From Smithellaceae bacterium (GTDB taxonomy: Bacteria; Desulfobacterota; Syntrophia; Syntrophales; Smithellaceae): a stretch of DNA of 64,000 nt. Made by a program: the position numbers and the translations under genes. Location: assembly GCA_963667845.2 (NCBI GenBank), contig CAXXVL010000002.1, forward strand, positions 1,248,001 to 1,312,000, written 5' to 3'. Under the pieces are notes generated by a model, which saw nothing but the letters and a program-made list of their open reading frames with translations, had not been told where the DNA came from and searched no databases. Shown here piece by piece: positions 1 to 10,033 of the stretch (its first letter is position 1; every line of letters begins with the position of its first letter).

Positions 1-501
1 ATTGGCCTCATTCATATTCTTTTGATTCATCTGCTGGATGTCATCTGCCGTGCTTTTCACCTGCTGAAACAGCGGCAGGATCTCATTAAAATAAACGCGG
101 CGGGCGCCGAATGATGGGGGCTGCATTCGCAAATCGTGGATTCTGGATTGGTAATTGATAAAAAGAGCCTGCAATGCGGCAGCTTTTTCCCCTTCACCCG
201 GGACGGTGATGTTATGCAGTTCAATGTCAAGTGCTTTTTTAAAAGCTGCTTCATTCTTTTTAATTAGTTCATCTCCCATCTGCTGATAACCAAGGAAGAT
301 AAAGAGCGCACCACTGTCCATGCGCTCCAGGGCTTCCTTCATCTCCTGACAGGCGACAACGCTGCGATAATTTTCCTTCAGGATCACATCAATTGAGTGA
401 CCAAGGTGTCTGAATTGGATGATGCTTTGTATGCCGCCGATCAACATGATCAGCAACAACCCTCCGAATCCCAATAACAACTTTTGACGAAGACTAAGCA
501 T
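1..501 (-). CDS. Membrane sensor histidine kinase, KinB-like N-terminal part (partial, runs off the window edge; not in the ORF track)
   Basis: Manual translation from ATG at 501 is open to base 1: MLSLRQKLLLGFGGLLLIMLIGGIQSIIQFRHLGHSIDVILKENYRSVVACQEMKEALERMDS... This is a TM helix followed by an ENYRS-type periplasmic helical sensor domain. The kinase domain would lie outside the window. Confidence 0.65.
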   Translation of the reverse strand, partial: MLSLRQKLLLGFGGLLLIMLIGGIQSIIQFRHLGHSIDVILKENYRSVVACQEMKEALERMDSGALFIFLGYQQMGDELIKKNEAAFKKALDIELHNITVPGEGEKAAALQALFINYQSRIHDLRMQPPSFGARRVYFNEILPLFQQVKSTADDIQQMNQKNMNEAN

Positions 502-519
502 GTTTCTCCCAGACGGTTT

Positions 520-559
520 AGCCTGTTTCCTGATCATCCATGCGATCAGGAAACAGGCT
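520..559. promoter_or_regulatory. Perfect 16 bp stem-loop between kdpC and the kinase gene
   Basis: AGCCTGTTTCCTGATC (520-535) pairs with GATCAGGAAACAGGCT (544-559). There is no U-tract on the minus strand. Confidence 0.55.
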
Positions 560-594
560 TCGTTAATTATAACTCCTTTTTATCCATAGGATTA

Positions 595-1176
595 CTATTT
601 ACCGTCTATATCCAGATTCAGCAAGAAAACATTCACCCGCGGTTCGCCGAAAATTCCCATATCGCGACCTTCAGTGTGCGACAGAATCATCTTATGCAAC
701 CGCGCTTCCCCGACGCCTCGGGCCTTGGCGACACGTCTTGCCTGCGTGAGAGCATTTTTCACGCTGATATGGGGGTCCAGACCGCTGGCTGAAGTCGTTA
801 CGGCGTCCACAGGAATGACTGCCTCAGTCGCCAGGTTATTTTCCGCCCGGTAGGCGGCAGCGCGCTCTTTGACCGTATCGATCAGCTTCCGCGATGTCGG
901 TCCCAGATTGCTGCCGCCGGAATTGGTGGCGTCATACCCGCTTCCCGCCGCCGAGGGACGGGGGTGGAAGTAACCCGGACCGGTAAAATGTTGCGCCAAT
1001 AGGGACGAACCAGCGGCCTGACCCTTTACCAAGACCAGCGAACCGTTGGCCTGATCAGGAAACAAGCCCTGGGCGCAAAGCCACACAGCGGCCGGATAAA
1101 CGCCGCACAGCACAATGGCCAAACAGACCGTCGCAATCATGGAAATACGTAGCTCGTTGATGATACTTTTTATCAT
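595..1176 (-). CDS. kdpC: K+-transporting ATPase subunit C
   Basis: N-terminal TM, YFHPRPSA, SGGSNLGP and TSASGLDPHIS motifs. Start moved to ATG 1176, which follows the RBS GAGGAGG. Confidence 0.95.
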   Translation of the reverse strand: MIKSIINELRISMIATVCLAIVLCGVYPAAVWLCAQGLFPDQANGSLVLVKGQAAGSSLLAQHFTGPGYFHPRPSAAGSGYDATNSGGSNLGPTSRKLIDTVKERAAAYRAENNLATEAVIPVDAVTTSASGLDPHISVKNALTQARRVAKARGVGEARLHKMILSHTEGRDMGIFGEPRVNVFLLNLDIDGK

Positions 1177-1187
1177 GAATATCCTCC

Positions 1188-3209
1188 TCACATCCAGGGC
1201 AAAATGCCCGTCAGCACATCGATCAGTTTAATGCCTACAAACGGAGCAATAAGCCCCCCCAGCCCGTATATGAATAGGTTTCGTCTCAAAAGCGAGGAGG
1301 CGGAAAGTGGCCGGAATTTCACACCCCGCAGGGCCAGCGGAATTAGCGCTACAATGATCAGCGCATTGAAAATGACGGCGGAAAGAATGGCGCTCTGCGG
1401 AGATCTCAGTCCCATGATGTTCAAAGGGACAATTTCCGGGAAGAGTGTGATCAGCATCGCCGGGATAATGGCAAAATATTTTGCCACATCGTTGGCGATA
1501 CTGAAAGTCGTCAACGCTCCCCGCGTGATCAGCATCTGCTTGCCGATTTCAACGATTTCGATCAGCTTCGTGGGATTGGAATCCAAATCCACCATATTGC
1601 CGGCTTCTTTTGCCGCCTGCGTGCCCGTATTCATAGCCACGCCCACATCAGCCTGGGCCAGGGCCGGAGCATCATTCGTTCCGTCGCCCGTCATGGCGAC
1701 CAGGTGGCCTGCTGCCTGTTCCTTGCGGATCAGGGCCAGTTTGTCTTCCGGTCTTGCCTCGGCCAGATAATCATCCATGCCGGCCTCTGTCGCGATAGCC
1801 TCCGCCGTGAGCTTGTTATCGCCTGTGATCATCACGGTCTTGATGCCCATGGCCCGGAAACGGGTGAATCGGTCTTTCAGTCCGCCCTTGACAATGTCTT
1901 TGAGATGAATGATTCCCAGGACGCGCTCATTTTCGGCAACAACGAGAGACGTTCCTCCCGAGCGTGAAATATTCTCGCTGGCCTCCCGGACGTCCTCAGA
2001 AAAATCAGCGCCGATGAAATCTCTGATGGCATCCGGGGCGCCTTTGCGAATCTTTCGGCCGTCAACGTCTACTCCGCTCATGCGGGTGTGGGCCGTGAAA
2101 TTAATAAAAGCGGCATGGGGCATCTCTGCGATGGTGCGACCGCGCAGACCATACTGCTTGGCCAGGACGACGATGCTCCGGCCTTCCGGTGTTTCGTCGC
2201 TAAGCGACGCCAGCTGGGCGGCATCAGCCAATTTTTCAGAAGTCACGCCCGGTGCGGGGAGAAATTCCGTGGCCTGCCGGTTGCCCAGCGTTATGGTTCC
2301 TGTTTTATCCAGCAGAAGCACATCAATGTCTCCGGCCGCCTCGACGGCTCGGCCGCTCATGGCCAGGACATTTTTTTGCACCAGCCGGTCAATGCCTGCA
2401 ATCCCGATGGCGCTCAAGAGTCCGCCAATGGTCGTAGGAATCAGGCAGACCAAAAGGGCCACAAGAACGGTGATGCTAAAAGAAATGCCTGAATACAGTC
2501 CGAAGCATTTCAAGGTCAGGATGACGACCAGGAAAATAATCGTCAGAGCCGAAAGGAGAATGATCAGGGCAATTTCGTTGGGCGTTTTCTGGCGACGAGC
2601 CCCCTCGACTAGGCTGATCATCCGGTCCATAAAGCTCTCTCCGGGATTGGCGGTAACGACCACCTTGATTTGATCGGACAAAACCCGCGTACCGCCGGTG
2701 ACGGCGCTCCGGTCGCCGCCGGACTCACGGATGACCGGCGCTGATTCTCCGGTAATAGCGGACTCGTCCACGGAGGCTACGCCTTCTACCACTTCACCGT
2801 CAGAGGGTATCAGCTCTCCTGCCGAAACGATGACCACATCTCCTTTGCGCAACATCTCCGCCGAAACCTGTTCCCGGCCACCGGAGGCCAGGGTACGATG
2901 GGCGATGGTATGGGTTCTTGTCTTGCGTAATGCATCGGCCTGGGCTTTGCCGCGCCCTTCAGCCATGGCTTCGGCGAAATTAGCAAAGAGAACGGTAAAC
3001 CACAACCAAATCGCTATCTGGAGTCCAAATCCCAGGGACTCACCAGGCGTTCCAAAAAAAAGGCTGACGGTCGTGATCAGGGCGCCTGCTTCGGTTACAA
3101 ACATCACCGGATTCTTCATCATCGTCAGAGGGTGAAGCTTCTTGAAAGATGCACTCATCGCCCCGGCAATAATATGCCGATCGAAAAGTGAAAGTTGTTT
3201 AGCAGCCAT
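1188..3209 (-). CDS. kdpB: K+-transporting ATPase subunit B (P-type ATPase)
   Basis: DKTGT phosphorylation motif, [14 protein letters not shown] and IPTTIGGLL. Confidence 0.98.
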   Translation of the reverse strand: MAAKQLSLFDRHIIAGAMSASFKKLHPLTMMKNPVMFVTEAGALITTVSLFFGTPGESLGFGLQIAIWLWFTVLFANFAEAMAEGRGKAQADALRKTRTHTIAHRTLASGGREQVSAEMLRKGDVVIVSAGELIPSDGEVVEGVASVDESAITGESAPVIRESGGDRSAVTGGTRVLSDQIKVVVTANPGESFMDRMISLVEGARRQKTPNEIALIILLSALTIIFLVVILTLKCFGLYSGISFSITVLVALLVCLIPTTIGGLLSAIGIAGIDRLVQKNVLAMSGRAVEAAGDIDVLLLDKTGTITLGNRQATEFLPAPGVTSEKLADAAQLASLSDETPEGRSIVVLAKQYGLRGRTIAEMPHAAFINFTAHTRMSGVDVDGRKIRKGAPDAIRDFIGADFSEDVREASENISRSGGTSLVVAENERVLGIIHLKDIVKGGLKDRFTRFRAMGIKTVMITGDNKLTAEAIATEAGMDDYLAEARPEDKLALIRKEQAAGHLVAMTGDGTNDAPALAQADVGVAMNTGTQAAKEAGNMVDLDSNPTKLIEIVEIGKQMLITRGALTTFSIANDVAKYFAIIPAMLITLFPEIVPLNIMGLRSPQSAILSAVIFNALIIVALIPLALRGVKFRPLSASSLLRRNLFIYGLGGLIAPFVGIKLIDVLTGILPWM

Positions 3210-3295
3210 AATAGTGAATCCTCTTTATTTAACCCCGCCATGCGGGATAAGTGAGTTTACGAATTTGTTTACTGCCGCAAACATATTCTAACTTT

Positions 3296-5098
3296 CTAAA
3301 ATAGTTTTCCCGAGCCCGTCATCATAAAATGTTCCACAATGGGACCCATAGCCAGGGCCGGGAAGAAGGTTAATGCGCCCACAATGAGCACCGTTCCGAC
3401 CAGCAGGACAACGAAAGTGAGGCCGGACACGGGGAAACTGCCTGTGCTTTCCGGCGTCAATTTCTTTCCGGCCAGGCTTCCGGCCAGCGCGAGGACCGGC
3501 ACGATAAAGAGAAAACGGCCAAAGAGCATGGCAAAACCCAGCGTGATGTTCAGCCACGGGGTATTGGCGTTTAATCCTGCAAAAGCGCTGCCGTTATTGC
3601 CGACAGACGACGAATAGGCGTAAAGGAGTTCCGACAGACCATGCGGCCCTGTGTTGTTCAGCGAGGCTATGCCCCAGGAGCTGACGGCCGCCCAGGCCGC
3701 AAAGCTGAGGATACTGAAACAGAGGACTAGGACAGCCAGAATGCTGACCTTGACATCGTAGGCTTCGATTTTTTTCCCCAGATATTCCGGCGTGCGCCCG
3801 ACCATCAGACCGGCCAGAAATACCGTGAGGATCACGAAAACCAGCATGCCGTAAAGACCGGCGCCCACCCCGCCAAAGACCACTTCACCCAGTTCTATGT
3901 TGACCAGAGGAACGAGCCCCCCCAGGGGGGTAAAGGAGTCGTGCATGGCGTTCACCGCGCCGCAGGAGGCATCGGTCGTGACAGTTGCAAAAAGCGCGGA
4001 ATCGAAGATGCCGAAGCGAGCTTCCTTGCCTTCCATATTACCTCCGGCCTGCTCAATGCCCTGGGCCGTCAGATGGGGATTGCCGGCCGATTCGGCCGAC
4101 CAGCAGATGAGAACGCCGGCTACAAAGAGCACGGCCATCGCTCCCCAGATGGCCCAGCCATGACGGCGGTTTTTAACCATCAACCCCAGAAAATAGGTAA
4201 GTGCGCTGGGAATCAGAAAGATGGAAAGCATCTGGATGAAATTCGTAAGCGGCGTCGGATTTTCATAAGGATGAGCAGCGTTGGCATTGGTGAAGCCACC
4301 GCCGTTGGTTCCCAGCATCTTGATGGCTACCTGCGAGGCCATGGGCCCCTGGGCGATCGTTTGGGTGTCAACTTTTTTATCTTCCATGACCAGTTTGCCC
4401 TGGGCATCCTTCAAACTCTGACCGTTGGCATCCTTTTTTTCGACCTGCGTGGTATAAGGTTCAACCAATTTCACCGTATCATAGGGTTTAAAATTCTGAA
4501 TCATTCCCTGGGAGACCAGAAAGAGCGCGTAGAATAAACAGATCGGTAAAAGCAAATAGAGATTCACCCGCACCACGTCCACCCAAAAGTTACCGACGGT
4601 TCGGGCGGTGTGGCGCGCGATACCGCGCACCAGGGCGGCGGCGACGGCAATCCCGACTGCGGCGGAAAGAAAATTGTGCAAAGTGAGCCCCACCATCTGC
4701 GAAAAGTAGGACATCGTGGATTCCCCGCCATAGCTTTGCCAGTTGGTATTGGTGGTGAAACTGGCCGCCGTGTTGAAGGCCAGATCGGGGCTCAGCGGGC
4801 CCAGTCCCTGCGGATTCAAAGGCAGCAGATGCTGAATCCGTAAAATGATATACGTGAAAGTGAGGCCGATCAGACTGAATAAGAGCAGAGAAAAGGCATA
4901 TTGTTTCCAGTTTTGTTCCTGTTTTCGATCCACTCGGAAAATCCGGTAGAACAGAAGTTCCACGGGCTTCAATAAGGGATCGAGAAACGTGCGCCCTTCG
5001 CCGTCCAGAACCCGCGCCAGGTAAAGCCCCATCGGCTTGGTTAGAACCAGGAGCACGCCGACAAATACTGCGAGTTGCAGCCATCCATACCTATCCAT
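3296..5098 (-). CDS. kdpA: K+-transporting ATPase subunit A
   Basis: NTNWQ, TNGGG, SCGAV and NNGSA selectivity-filter segments. Confidence 0.98.
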   Translation of the reverse strand: MDRYGWLQLAVFVGVLLVLTKPMGLYLARVLDGEGRTFLDPLLKPVELLFYRIFRVDRKQEQNWKQYAFSLLLFSLIGLTFTYIILRIQHLLPLNPQGLGPLSPDLAFNTAASFTTNTNWQSYGGESTMSYFSQMVGLTLHNFLSAAVGIAVAAALVRGIARHTARTVGNFWVDVVRVNLYLLLPICLFYALFLVSQGMIQNFKPYDTVKLVEPYTTQVEKKDANGQSLKDAQGKLVMEDKKVDTQTIAQGPMASQVAIKMLGTNGGGFTNANAAHPYENPTPLTNFIQMLSIFLIPSALTYFLGLMVKNRRHGWAIWGAMAVLFVAGVLICWSAESAGNPHLTAQGIEQAGGNMEGKEARFGIFDSALFATVTTDASCGAVNAMHDSFTPLGGLVPLVNIELGEVVFGGVGAGLYGMLVFVILTVFLAGLMVGRTPEYLGKKIEAYDVKVSILAVLVLCFSILSFAAWAAVSSWGIASLNNTGPHGLSELLYAYSSSVGNNGSAFAGLNANTPWLNITLGFAMLFGRFLFIVPVLALAGSLAGKKLTPESTGSFPVSGLTFVVLLVGTVLIVGALTFFPALAMGPIVEHFMMTGSGKLF

Positions 5099-5113
5099 TC
5101 CGTGATACCTCCG

Positions 5114-5197
5114 CTAAAATAATTCCGGCCGAATGATGGTGACCAGAAGATAGATAATCAAAACAACGCCGATTAAACCGACAATGATTTCCAGCAT
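5114..5197 (-). CDS. kdpF: K+-transporting ATPase subunit F (27 aa; below the ORF track cutoff)
   Basis: MLEIIVGLIGVVLIIYLLVTIIRPELF: a single TM ending in the KdpF YL..RPE.F motif. RBS GGAGG upstream; lies just before kdpA. Confidence 0.9.
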   Translation of the reverse strand: MLEIIVGLIGVVLIIYLLVTIIRPELF

Positions 5198-5286
5198 GAC
5201 TCAAACCTCCCACAAGCTTTGGCAAATAAAATGCAAAGACCAAAAACTAAAATGGTGACACTAAAATAAACAATATCCGCGAACAT
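5173..5286 (-). CDS. Small hydrophobic peptide upstream of kdpF (37 aa)
   Basis: MFADIVYFSVTILVFGLCILFAKACGRFESCWKSLSV. RBS-like GAAGG upstream; first ORF after the sigma-54 promoter. Confidence 0.55.
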   Translation of the reverse strand: MFADIVYFSVTILVFGLCILFAKACGRFESCWKSLSV

Positions 5287-5308
5287 GATTTACCTTCGTT
5301 AAGATACC

Positions 5309-5323
5309 GCAACGAGTGTGCCA
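5309..5323 (-). promoter_or_regulatory. Sigma-54 (-24/-12) promoter of the kdp operon
   Basis: Minus strand reads TGGCAC-ACTCG-TTGC, an exact match to TGGCAC-N5-TTGC. Confidence 0.85.
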
Positions 5324-5385
5324 AAAAGCACAGCTGCTATGTTTATGAATTAATATAGTTATTATTAAATTGGCAGCAAGGTCCT

Positions 5386-5429
5386 TTGCATTTTGCAAAA
5401 GATGCATCAGGGAAGATTGAAGATTGCAA
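5386..5429. promoter_or_regulatory. Candidate tandem enhancer-binding-protein sites (UAS)
   Basis: TTGCA-TTT-TGCAA (5386-5398) and TTGAA-GAT-TGCAA (5417-5429), 31 bp apart. An AT-rich tract separates them from the promoter. Confidence 0.5.
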
Positions 5430-5434
5430 GGCGG

Positions 5435-6787
5435 CTAGATGCCGTATTGCTTGCGGCGGCGCCAGAGCGTGGCCTGGTCGATCCCGAGAAGATCGGCCGC
5501 CTCCTGTAAAGACCGGGTTAAAGCCAGCACCCGTCGAATATGTTCTTCCTCAATTTTATCGAGGGAGACCGGGTCACCGATCCTGATCGCCTTATACGTG
5601 GCGTGCATGTTTTCCGGGAGATGGTCGATGCCGATCCGGTTCCCTTCGCACAGGATAACAGCCCTCTCGATAACATTTCTCAGTTCTCGGACATTTCCCG
5701 GCCAAAGGTAACTTTTCAACAGCTGCAGCGCTTCGTCGGTAAACCCCAACAGCGTCTTGTGACAGCTTTTTCCGAAAAATATCAGCAGGCCGTTGGCCAG
5801 AGAGGCAATATCATCAGGCCGTTCCCTGAGTGGCGGGATTTCAATCTGAATGACATTGAGCCGATAATAAAGATCCTCGCGGAAACGACCTTCACCGACC
5901 GATTTGGGCAAGTCGATATTGGTGGCGGCGATGATTCTCACATCGGCTCGGCGGGTCACATAATCCCCGATGCGTTCATACTCCTTCTCCTGGACAAATC
6001 GCAAGAGCTTCGGCTGAAGCGAGAGGGGCAAATCGCCGATTTCGTCAAGCAGCAGCGTCCCCCCGTTGCACATGCTGATCCGTCCGGGATTGTCGCGCAC
6101 AGCGCCGGTAAAAGCTCCCTTGATATGTCCGAACAATTCACTCTCCAGAAGTTCCGGCGACAAGGAAGGACAGGAAATAACGCCAAACGGCATCGCCGCC
6201 CGCCGGCTCCATGCGTGAATCGCTTTGGCCAGCACCGTCTTACCGGTTCCGCTTTCACCGCGGATGAGAAGAGTGGCATCAGAGGGGGCCGTCTGTCGCG
6301 ACAGGTTAACGGCCCGCGTCATGGCCGCGCTTAAGCTTGCAAAATCGACAGCGGAATGCGTGCGCCCCAGGTCTTCGCGCAAGGCAGTGATCTTTTGCTC
6401 CAGATCGCGAATATCAAATACCTTGTGGATAGCCAGCTTAACCTGAGCCGGGGTAAAGGGTTTAGGAAGATAGTCGGTCGCTCCTCGTTTTATCGCTTCC
6501 ACAGCGGTTTCTATAGAGGCATAGGCCGTAATTACGATAATCTTAAGCGATGGCGTGGCGGCTAGCAATGCAGGAATCAGGTCGAGTCCGCTGGTTGTTC
6601 CCAAACGGAGATCCACGAAAGCAACGTCGAAGGATTTTCTTGATGCTTCGGAGAGTGCGTCGTCAAAGTTGCTGACCGCTGCCACCTGGTATCCTTCCGT
6701 CTCCAGGCATATGGCCAGCATCTTACGGATGTTCACTTCATCGTCGACGATGAGAAAATTGAATTGACTAGTTTCTTTCGTAACCAG
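5435..6787 (-). CDS. Sigma-54-dependent response regulator, AlgB/NtrC family (REC-AAA+-Fis HTH)
   Basis: GESGTGKT, ESELFGH, GAFTGA and C-terminal LGIDQATLWRRRKQYGI. The receiver motif FLIVDDE lies upstream of the ORF-track GTG (6736), so I extended the start to CTG 6787; that start is uncertain. Confidence 0.9.
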   Translation of the reverse strand: MVTKETSQFNFLIVDDEVNIRKMLAICLETEGYQVAAVSNFDDALSEASRKSFDVAFVDLRLGTTSGLDLIPALLAATPSLKIIVITAYASIETAVEAIKRGATDYLPKPFTPAQVKLAIHKVFDIRDLEQKITALREDLGRTHSAVDFASLSAAMTRAVNLSRQTAPSDATLLIRGESGTGKTVLAKAIHAWSRRAAMPFGVISCPSLSPELLESELFGHIKGAFTGAVRDNPGRISMCNGGTLLLDEIGDLPLSLQPKLLRFVQEKEYERIGDYVTRRADVRIIAATNIDLPKSVGEGRFREDLYYRLNVIQIEIPPLRERPDDIASLANGLLIFFGKSCHKTLLGFTDEALQLLKSYLWPGNVRELRNVIERAVILCEGNRIGIDHLPENMHATYKAIRIGDPVSLDKIEEEHIRRVLALTRSLQEAADLLGIDQATLWRRRKQYGI

Positions 6788-6821
6788 TACCCCTTATAAT
6801 GAATTTGAGAGTCGGCAGCAT

Positions 6822-6856
6822 AAAGTCCCCGCAGGGTTCTTACCTGCGGGGACTTT
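6822..6856 (-). terminator. Intrinsic terminator-like hairpin after the FadB-like gene
   Basis: AAAGTCCCCGCAGG / CCTGCGGGGACTTT 14 bp stem, 10 bp past the stop codon. Confidence 0.7.
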
Positions 6857-6865
6857 TCGTGAAGC

Positions 6866-8950
6866 TTATTTCGAATAGAACCCTTTACCCGCCTTGGCGA
6901 GTTTTTCCAGAAGCGGTGCCGGCGTCCAGTATTCGGCGCCGACCAGATCCTTGTATTTGAGAATCGCATCGTAAACTTTCTTGACGCCGACCGTGTCGGC
7001 ATAGAACATCGGGCCGCCCAGGTAGACCGGGAAGCCATAGCCATAGAGCCAGACCACGTCAATGTCGAGCGGCCGCGCGGCGATGCCTTCTTCCAGGATC
7101 TTCGCGCCTTCGTTGATCATCGAGTAAATCGCGCGTTCAACGATCTCCTGATCCGTGATGATTCGGCGCTGAATGCCGACTTCCTTCGAGTGATTGACGA
7201 TCAGCTCTTCAATCATGGGGTCGGGGGTGGCATTGCGCTTCTCGTCATACTTGTAGAAACCCGAGCCGGTTTTCTGACCGAAACGGCCCATCTCGCAGAT
7301 CTTGTCGAGAATCGTGTTTTTCTGTTCACGTTTGGTGAGGGAGGCGAACTTCGCCTTGCGGTTCCGCCAGCCGACATCGAGACCCGCCATGTCGCCCATC
7401 TGATAGGGACCCATCGGGAAGCCGAAGTTGTAGATGACCTTGTCGATCTGCCAGGGAAGGGCGCCTTCTTCCAGCATGAAACCGCATTCTCTTGTCCGCT
7501 TGGCGAGCATCCGGTTCCCGACAAAGCCGTCGCAGACACCGACCAGCACCGGGACTTTGCCGATGGTCTTGCCCACCTTCATGGCCGTGGCGTAAACTTC
7601 CGGATTTGTCTTCGCGCCTTTGACGTTTTCCAGCAATCTCATGACGTTCGCCGGACTGAAGAAATGCATGCCCATGACATCCTGGGGTCTTTTGGTCATG
7701 GCGGCGATTTCGTCAATGTTCAGATAAGAGGTATTGGAGGCCAGGATCGCACCCGGTTTGCAGACCGCATCGAGTTTCGTAAAGACTTCCTTCTTAATGG
7801 CCATGTCTTCAAACACGGCTTCAATGACCAGATCGACATTCTTTAAATCTTCATAAGCCAGGGTGGGTTTGATCAAGGACAGGCGTTTGTCCATGACTTC
7901 CTGCTTCAAGGAGCCTTTGGCCACGGTGTTGGCGTAGTTCTTCTTAATAACGGCCATGCCCTTGTCGATAAACTCCTGCTTGACGTCCAGAAGAACAACG
8001 GGAATGCCGGCATTGGCAAAGCACATGGCAATGCCCCCGCCCATGGTGCCCGCACCGAGAATACCGGCGGATTTAATCTCCCTGGTCGGCTGGTTATCGG
8101 GCAGCCCCGGAATCCTGACGACTTCTCTTTCGGCAAAGAAAACATGCCGCTGGGCCTTCGACTGGTCGGAGGCCTGCAGTTCCGTAAAGATCGCGCGTTC
8201 TTTCTTCATGCCTTCGGCAAAAGGCAGTTCGGTTGCCGCCTTCACGGCTTCGATGCATTTGTAGGGAGCGATAAAACCCCGGAACTTCCGGGCATTGGCC
8301 TTGGCGAAATCATCAAAGACGGTGGGGGAATCCACTTTGGCCGTAAGAGAACTTACTTTCCTCAAGGGGCGTTTCTCATCAACCACTTTCCTGGCAAAAG
8401 CCAGAGCCGCCGCCTTCAGGTCGCCTTCCACGATTTCATCCAGAATCCCCATCGCTTTAGCCTTAGCTGCGGGAATCGGGGTTCCGGAGGTGATCATCTC
8501 CAGCGCCGTCTGCACACCGGCGATGCGCGGCAGTCGCTGCGTCCCGCCGGCGCCCGGCAGCAATCCCAGCTTCACTTCAGGCAGGCCCACTTTCGCGGTA
8601 GGAACAGCAATGCGGAAATGGCAGCTAAGGGGAATCTCCAGCCCTCCGCCCAATGCCGTGCCATGGATTGCCGCAATCACCGGCTTGGGGGAGTTTTCGA
8701 TGAACTGGCAAACATCCGGTAAATGGGGTTCCATCGGCGGCTTGCCGAATTCCCGGATATCCGCTCCCGCGATAAAAGTCCGGCCCTCGCAAATAATGAT
8801 CATTGCCGCAATATCTTTATCCGCAATGCCTTTTTCAATGCCCGACTTGATCCCGGCCCGCACGGCCTGTGCCAGAGCATTGACCGGCGGATTGTTGACC
8901 GTAATCAAACCGACATTGCCTTCCTTCGAAAACGTCACGATCTCTGCCAT
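6866..8950 (-). CDS. Bifunctional enoyl-CoA hydratase / 3-hydroxyacyl-CoA dehydrogenase (FadB/FadJ-like)
   Basis: Crotonase motifs AGADI, GGGLE and LPEVKLG; NAD-binding GAGTMG; ASNTS and MHFFSP. Confidence 0.93.
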   Translation of the reverse strand: MAEIVTFSKEGNVGLITVNNPPVNALAQAVRAGIKSGIEKGIADKDIAAMIIICEGRTFIAGADIREFGKPPMEPHLPDVCQFIENSPKPVIAAIHGTALGGGLEIPLSCHFRIAVPTAKVGLPEVKLGLLPGAGGTQRLPRIAGVQTALEMITSGTPIPAAKAKAMGILDEIVEGDLKAAALAFARKVVDEKRPLRKVSSLTAKVDSPTVFDDFAKANARKFRGFIAPYKCIEAVKAATELPFAEGMKKERAIFTELQASDQSKAQRHVFFAEREVVRIPGLPDNQPTREIKSAGILGAGTMGGGIAMCFANAGIPVVLLDVKQEFIDKGMAVIKKNYANTVAKGSLKQEVMDKRLSLIKPTLAYEDLKNVDLVIEAVFEDMAIKKEVFTKLDAVCKPGAILASNTSYLNIDEIAAMTKRPQDVMGMHFFSPANVMRLLENVKGAKTNPEVYATAMKVGKTIGKVPVLVGVCDGFVGNRMLAKRTRECGFMLEEGALPWQIDKVIYNFGFPMGPYQMGDMAGLDVGWRNRKAKFASLTKREQKNTILDKICEMGRFGQKTGSGFYKYDEKRNATPDPMIEELIVNHSKEVGIQRRIITDQEIVERAIYSMINEGAKILEEGIAARPLDIDVVWLYGYGFPVYLGGPMFYADTVGVKKVYDAILKYKDLVGAEYWTPAPLLEKLAKAGKGFYSK

Positions 8951-9229
8951 AAGATTTTATCTCCTTTATATTTATTTTGTGTTTTTTAGTGAGGGATGGC
9001 ACGTTGCCGATCATTTGTCAAGATGCCGCAGTGCGGGCCGACGATCACTTTTGTGGCCGTTTTTGACGCAATACGGGTTCTTGATAAGTTGAGAAAAATA
9101 GGATACTTTCACATATGGAAATCGTTTCGGGCCGGAATCGGCGGTTGCTAAAGATTCATCGATTACTTTAGAGACGGCCGCGTCGAGAAAAATTGATGAT
9201 GCACCGGATGGATCGGAAGGAGAATCATT

Positions 9230-9658
9230 ATGCCTGAACAGTTGGAAGCCGCCGTCACTCTGATCAATGACAAAATTCAATTTTCCGGCGTGGCCGGAGA
9301 TAATCCGGCAATCACCTTCGATTATTATCCGCCGATCGGAGATGGAAAAGGGTTTACAGGTCTGGAAGTCTTATTGCTTAGCCTGGCCGGATGCAGCGCC
9401 TCGACCGTGGTCTATCTGCTGCGCACCATGAAGAAGAATATTGCCGGCTTTCAGGTGCAGGCCAGTGGTGTGAGGCGCGAGACGCATCCGACGTCCCTCA
9501 AAACCATAACGCTGCGGTTTATTCTACGTTCAGCGGATGTTAAGGACGCCGACATGCAGAAGGTCATCCAATTGGCCGAAGAAACCTACTGCCCCGTGTG
9601 GGCGATGTTGAAAGGCAACGTGGATGTTATTACCCAATATAAAATAGAGAAGGGATAG
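9230..9658 (+). CDS. OsmC/YhfA family protein
   Basis: LAGCSA and YCPV cysteine pair; 142 aa. Confidence 0.85.
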   Translation: MPEQLEAAVTLINDKIQFSGVAGDNPAITFDYYPPIGDGKGFTGLEVLLLSLAGCSASTVVYLLRTMKKNIAGFQVQASGVRRETHPTSLKTITLRFILRSADVKDADMQKVIQLAEETYCPVWAMLKGNVDVITQYKIEKG

Positions 9659-9662
9659 AACA

Positions 9663-10010
9663 ATGGCAATGTTTTACAAGAAAAACGGTGAAGGTTATCA
9701 TTCACGGATCAGAGGCATTGATCAAAAAACACTGGTTTACGGAGAACGGACATTGCTTACCGAATTTCGGCTCAAAGAAGGCAGTATCATTCCCCGGCAT
9801 TCGCACCCCAATGAGCAGACGGGTTATCTGATCAGCGGCCGTATGGTTTTCACGGTGGGCGATGAAGAATTCGATGCGCGAGCAGGCGACAGCTGGTGCA
9901 TTGCCGCCGGCGTCGAACATTCCGCAGATGTCATCGCAGACTCAGTGGCCGTCGAAGTCTTTTTCCCCGTGCGCGAGGATTATCTTCCGGATAAAAAATT
10001 TGTCGCTTGA
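9663..10010 (+). CDS. Cupin domain protein
   Basis: HSHPNEQ and GDSWCI..GVEH cupin motifs. Confidence 0.9.
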   Translation: MAMFYKKNGEGYHSRIRGIDQKTLVYGERTLLTEFRLKEGSIIPRHSHPNEQTGYLISGRMVFTVGDEEFDARAGDSWCIAAGVEHSADVIADSVAVEVFFPVREDYLPDKKFVA

Positions 10011-10033
10011 TAAAGAATGAGGAGGCTTCATCT

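Noticed and set aside
4370..4480. KdpA loop insertion with a KDANG/KDAQG mini-repeat
   Set aside because: An in-frame surface loop of a kind I recall in other KdpA proteins; no evidence of a separate element.
6733..7062. 109 aa ORF that might be a frameshifted N-terminus of the AlgB-like regulator
   Set aside because: It overlaps the FadB-like gene and its terminator, and the receiver motif is already in the regulator's own frame.
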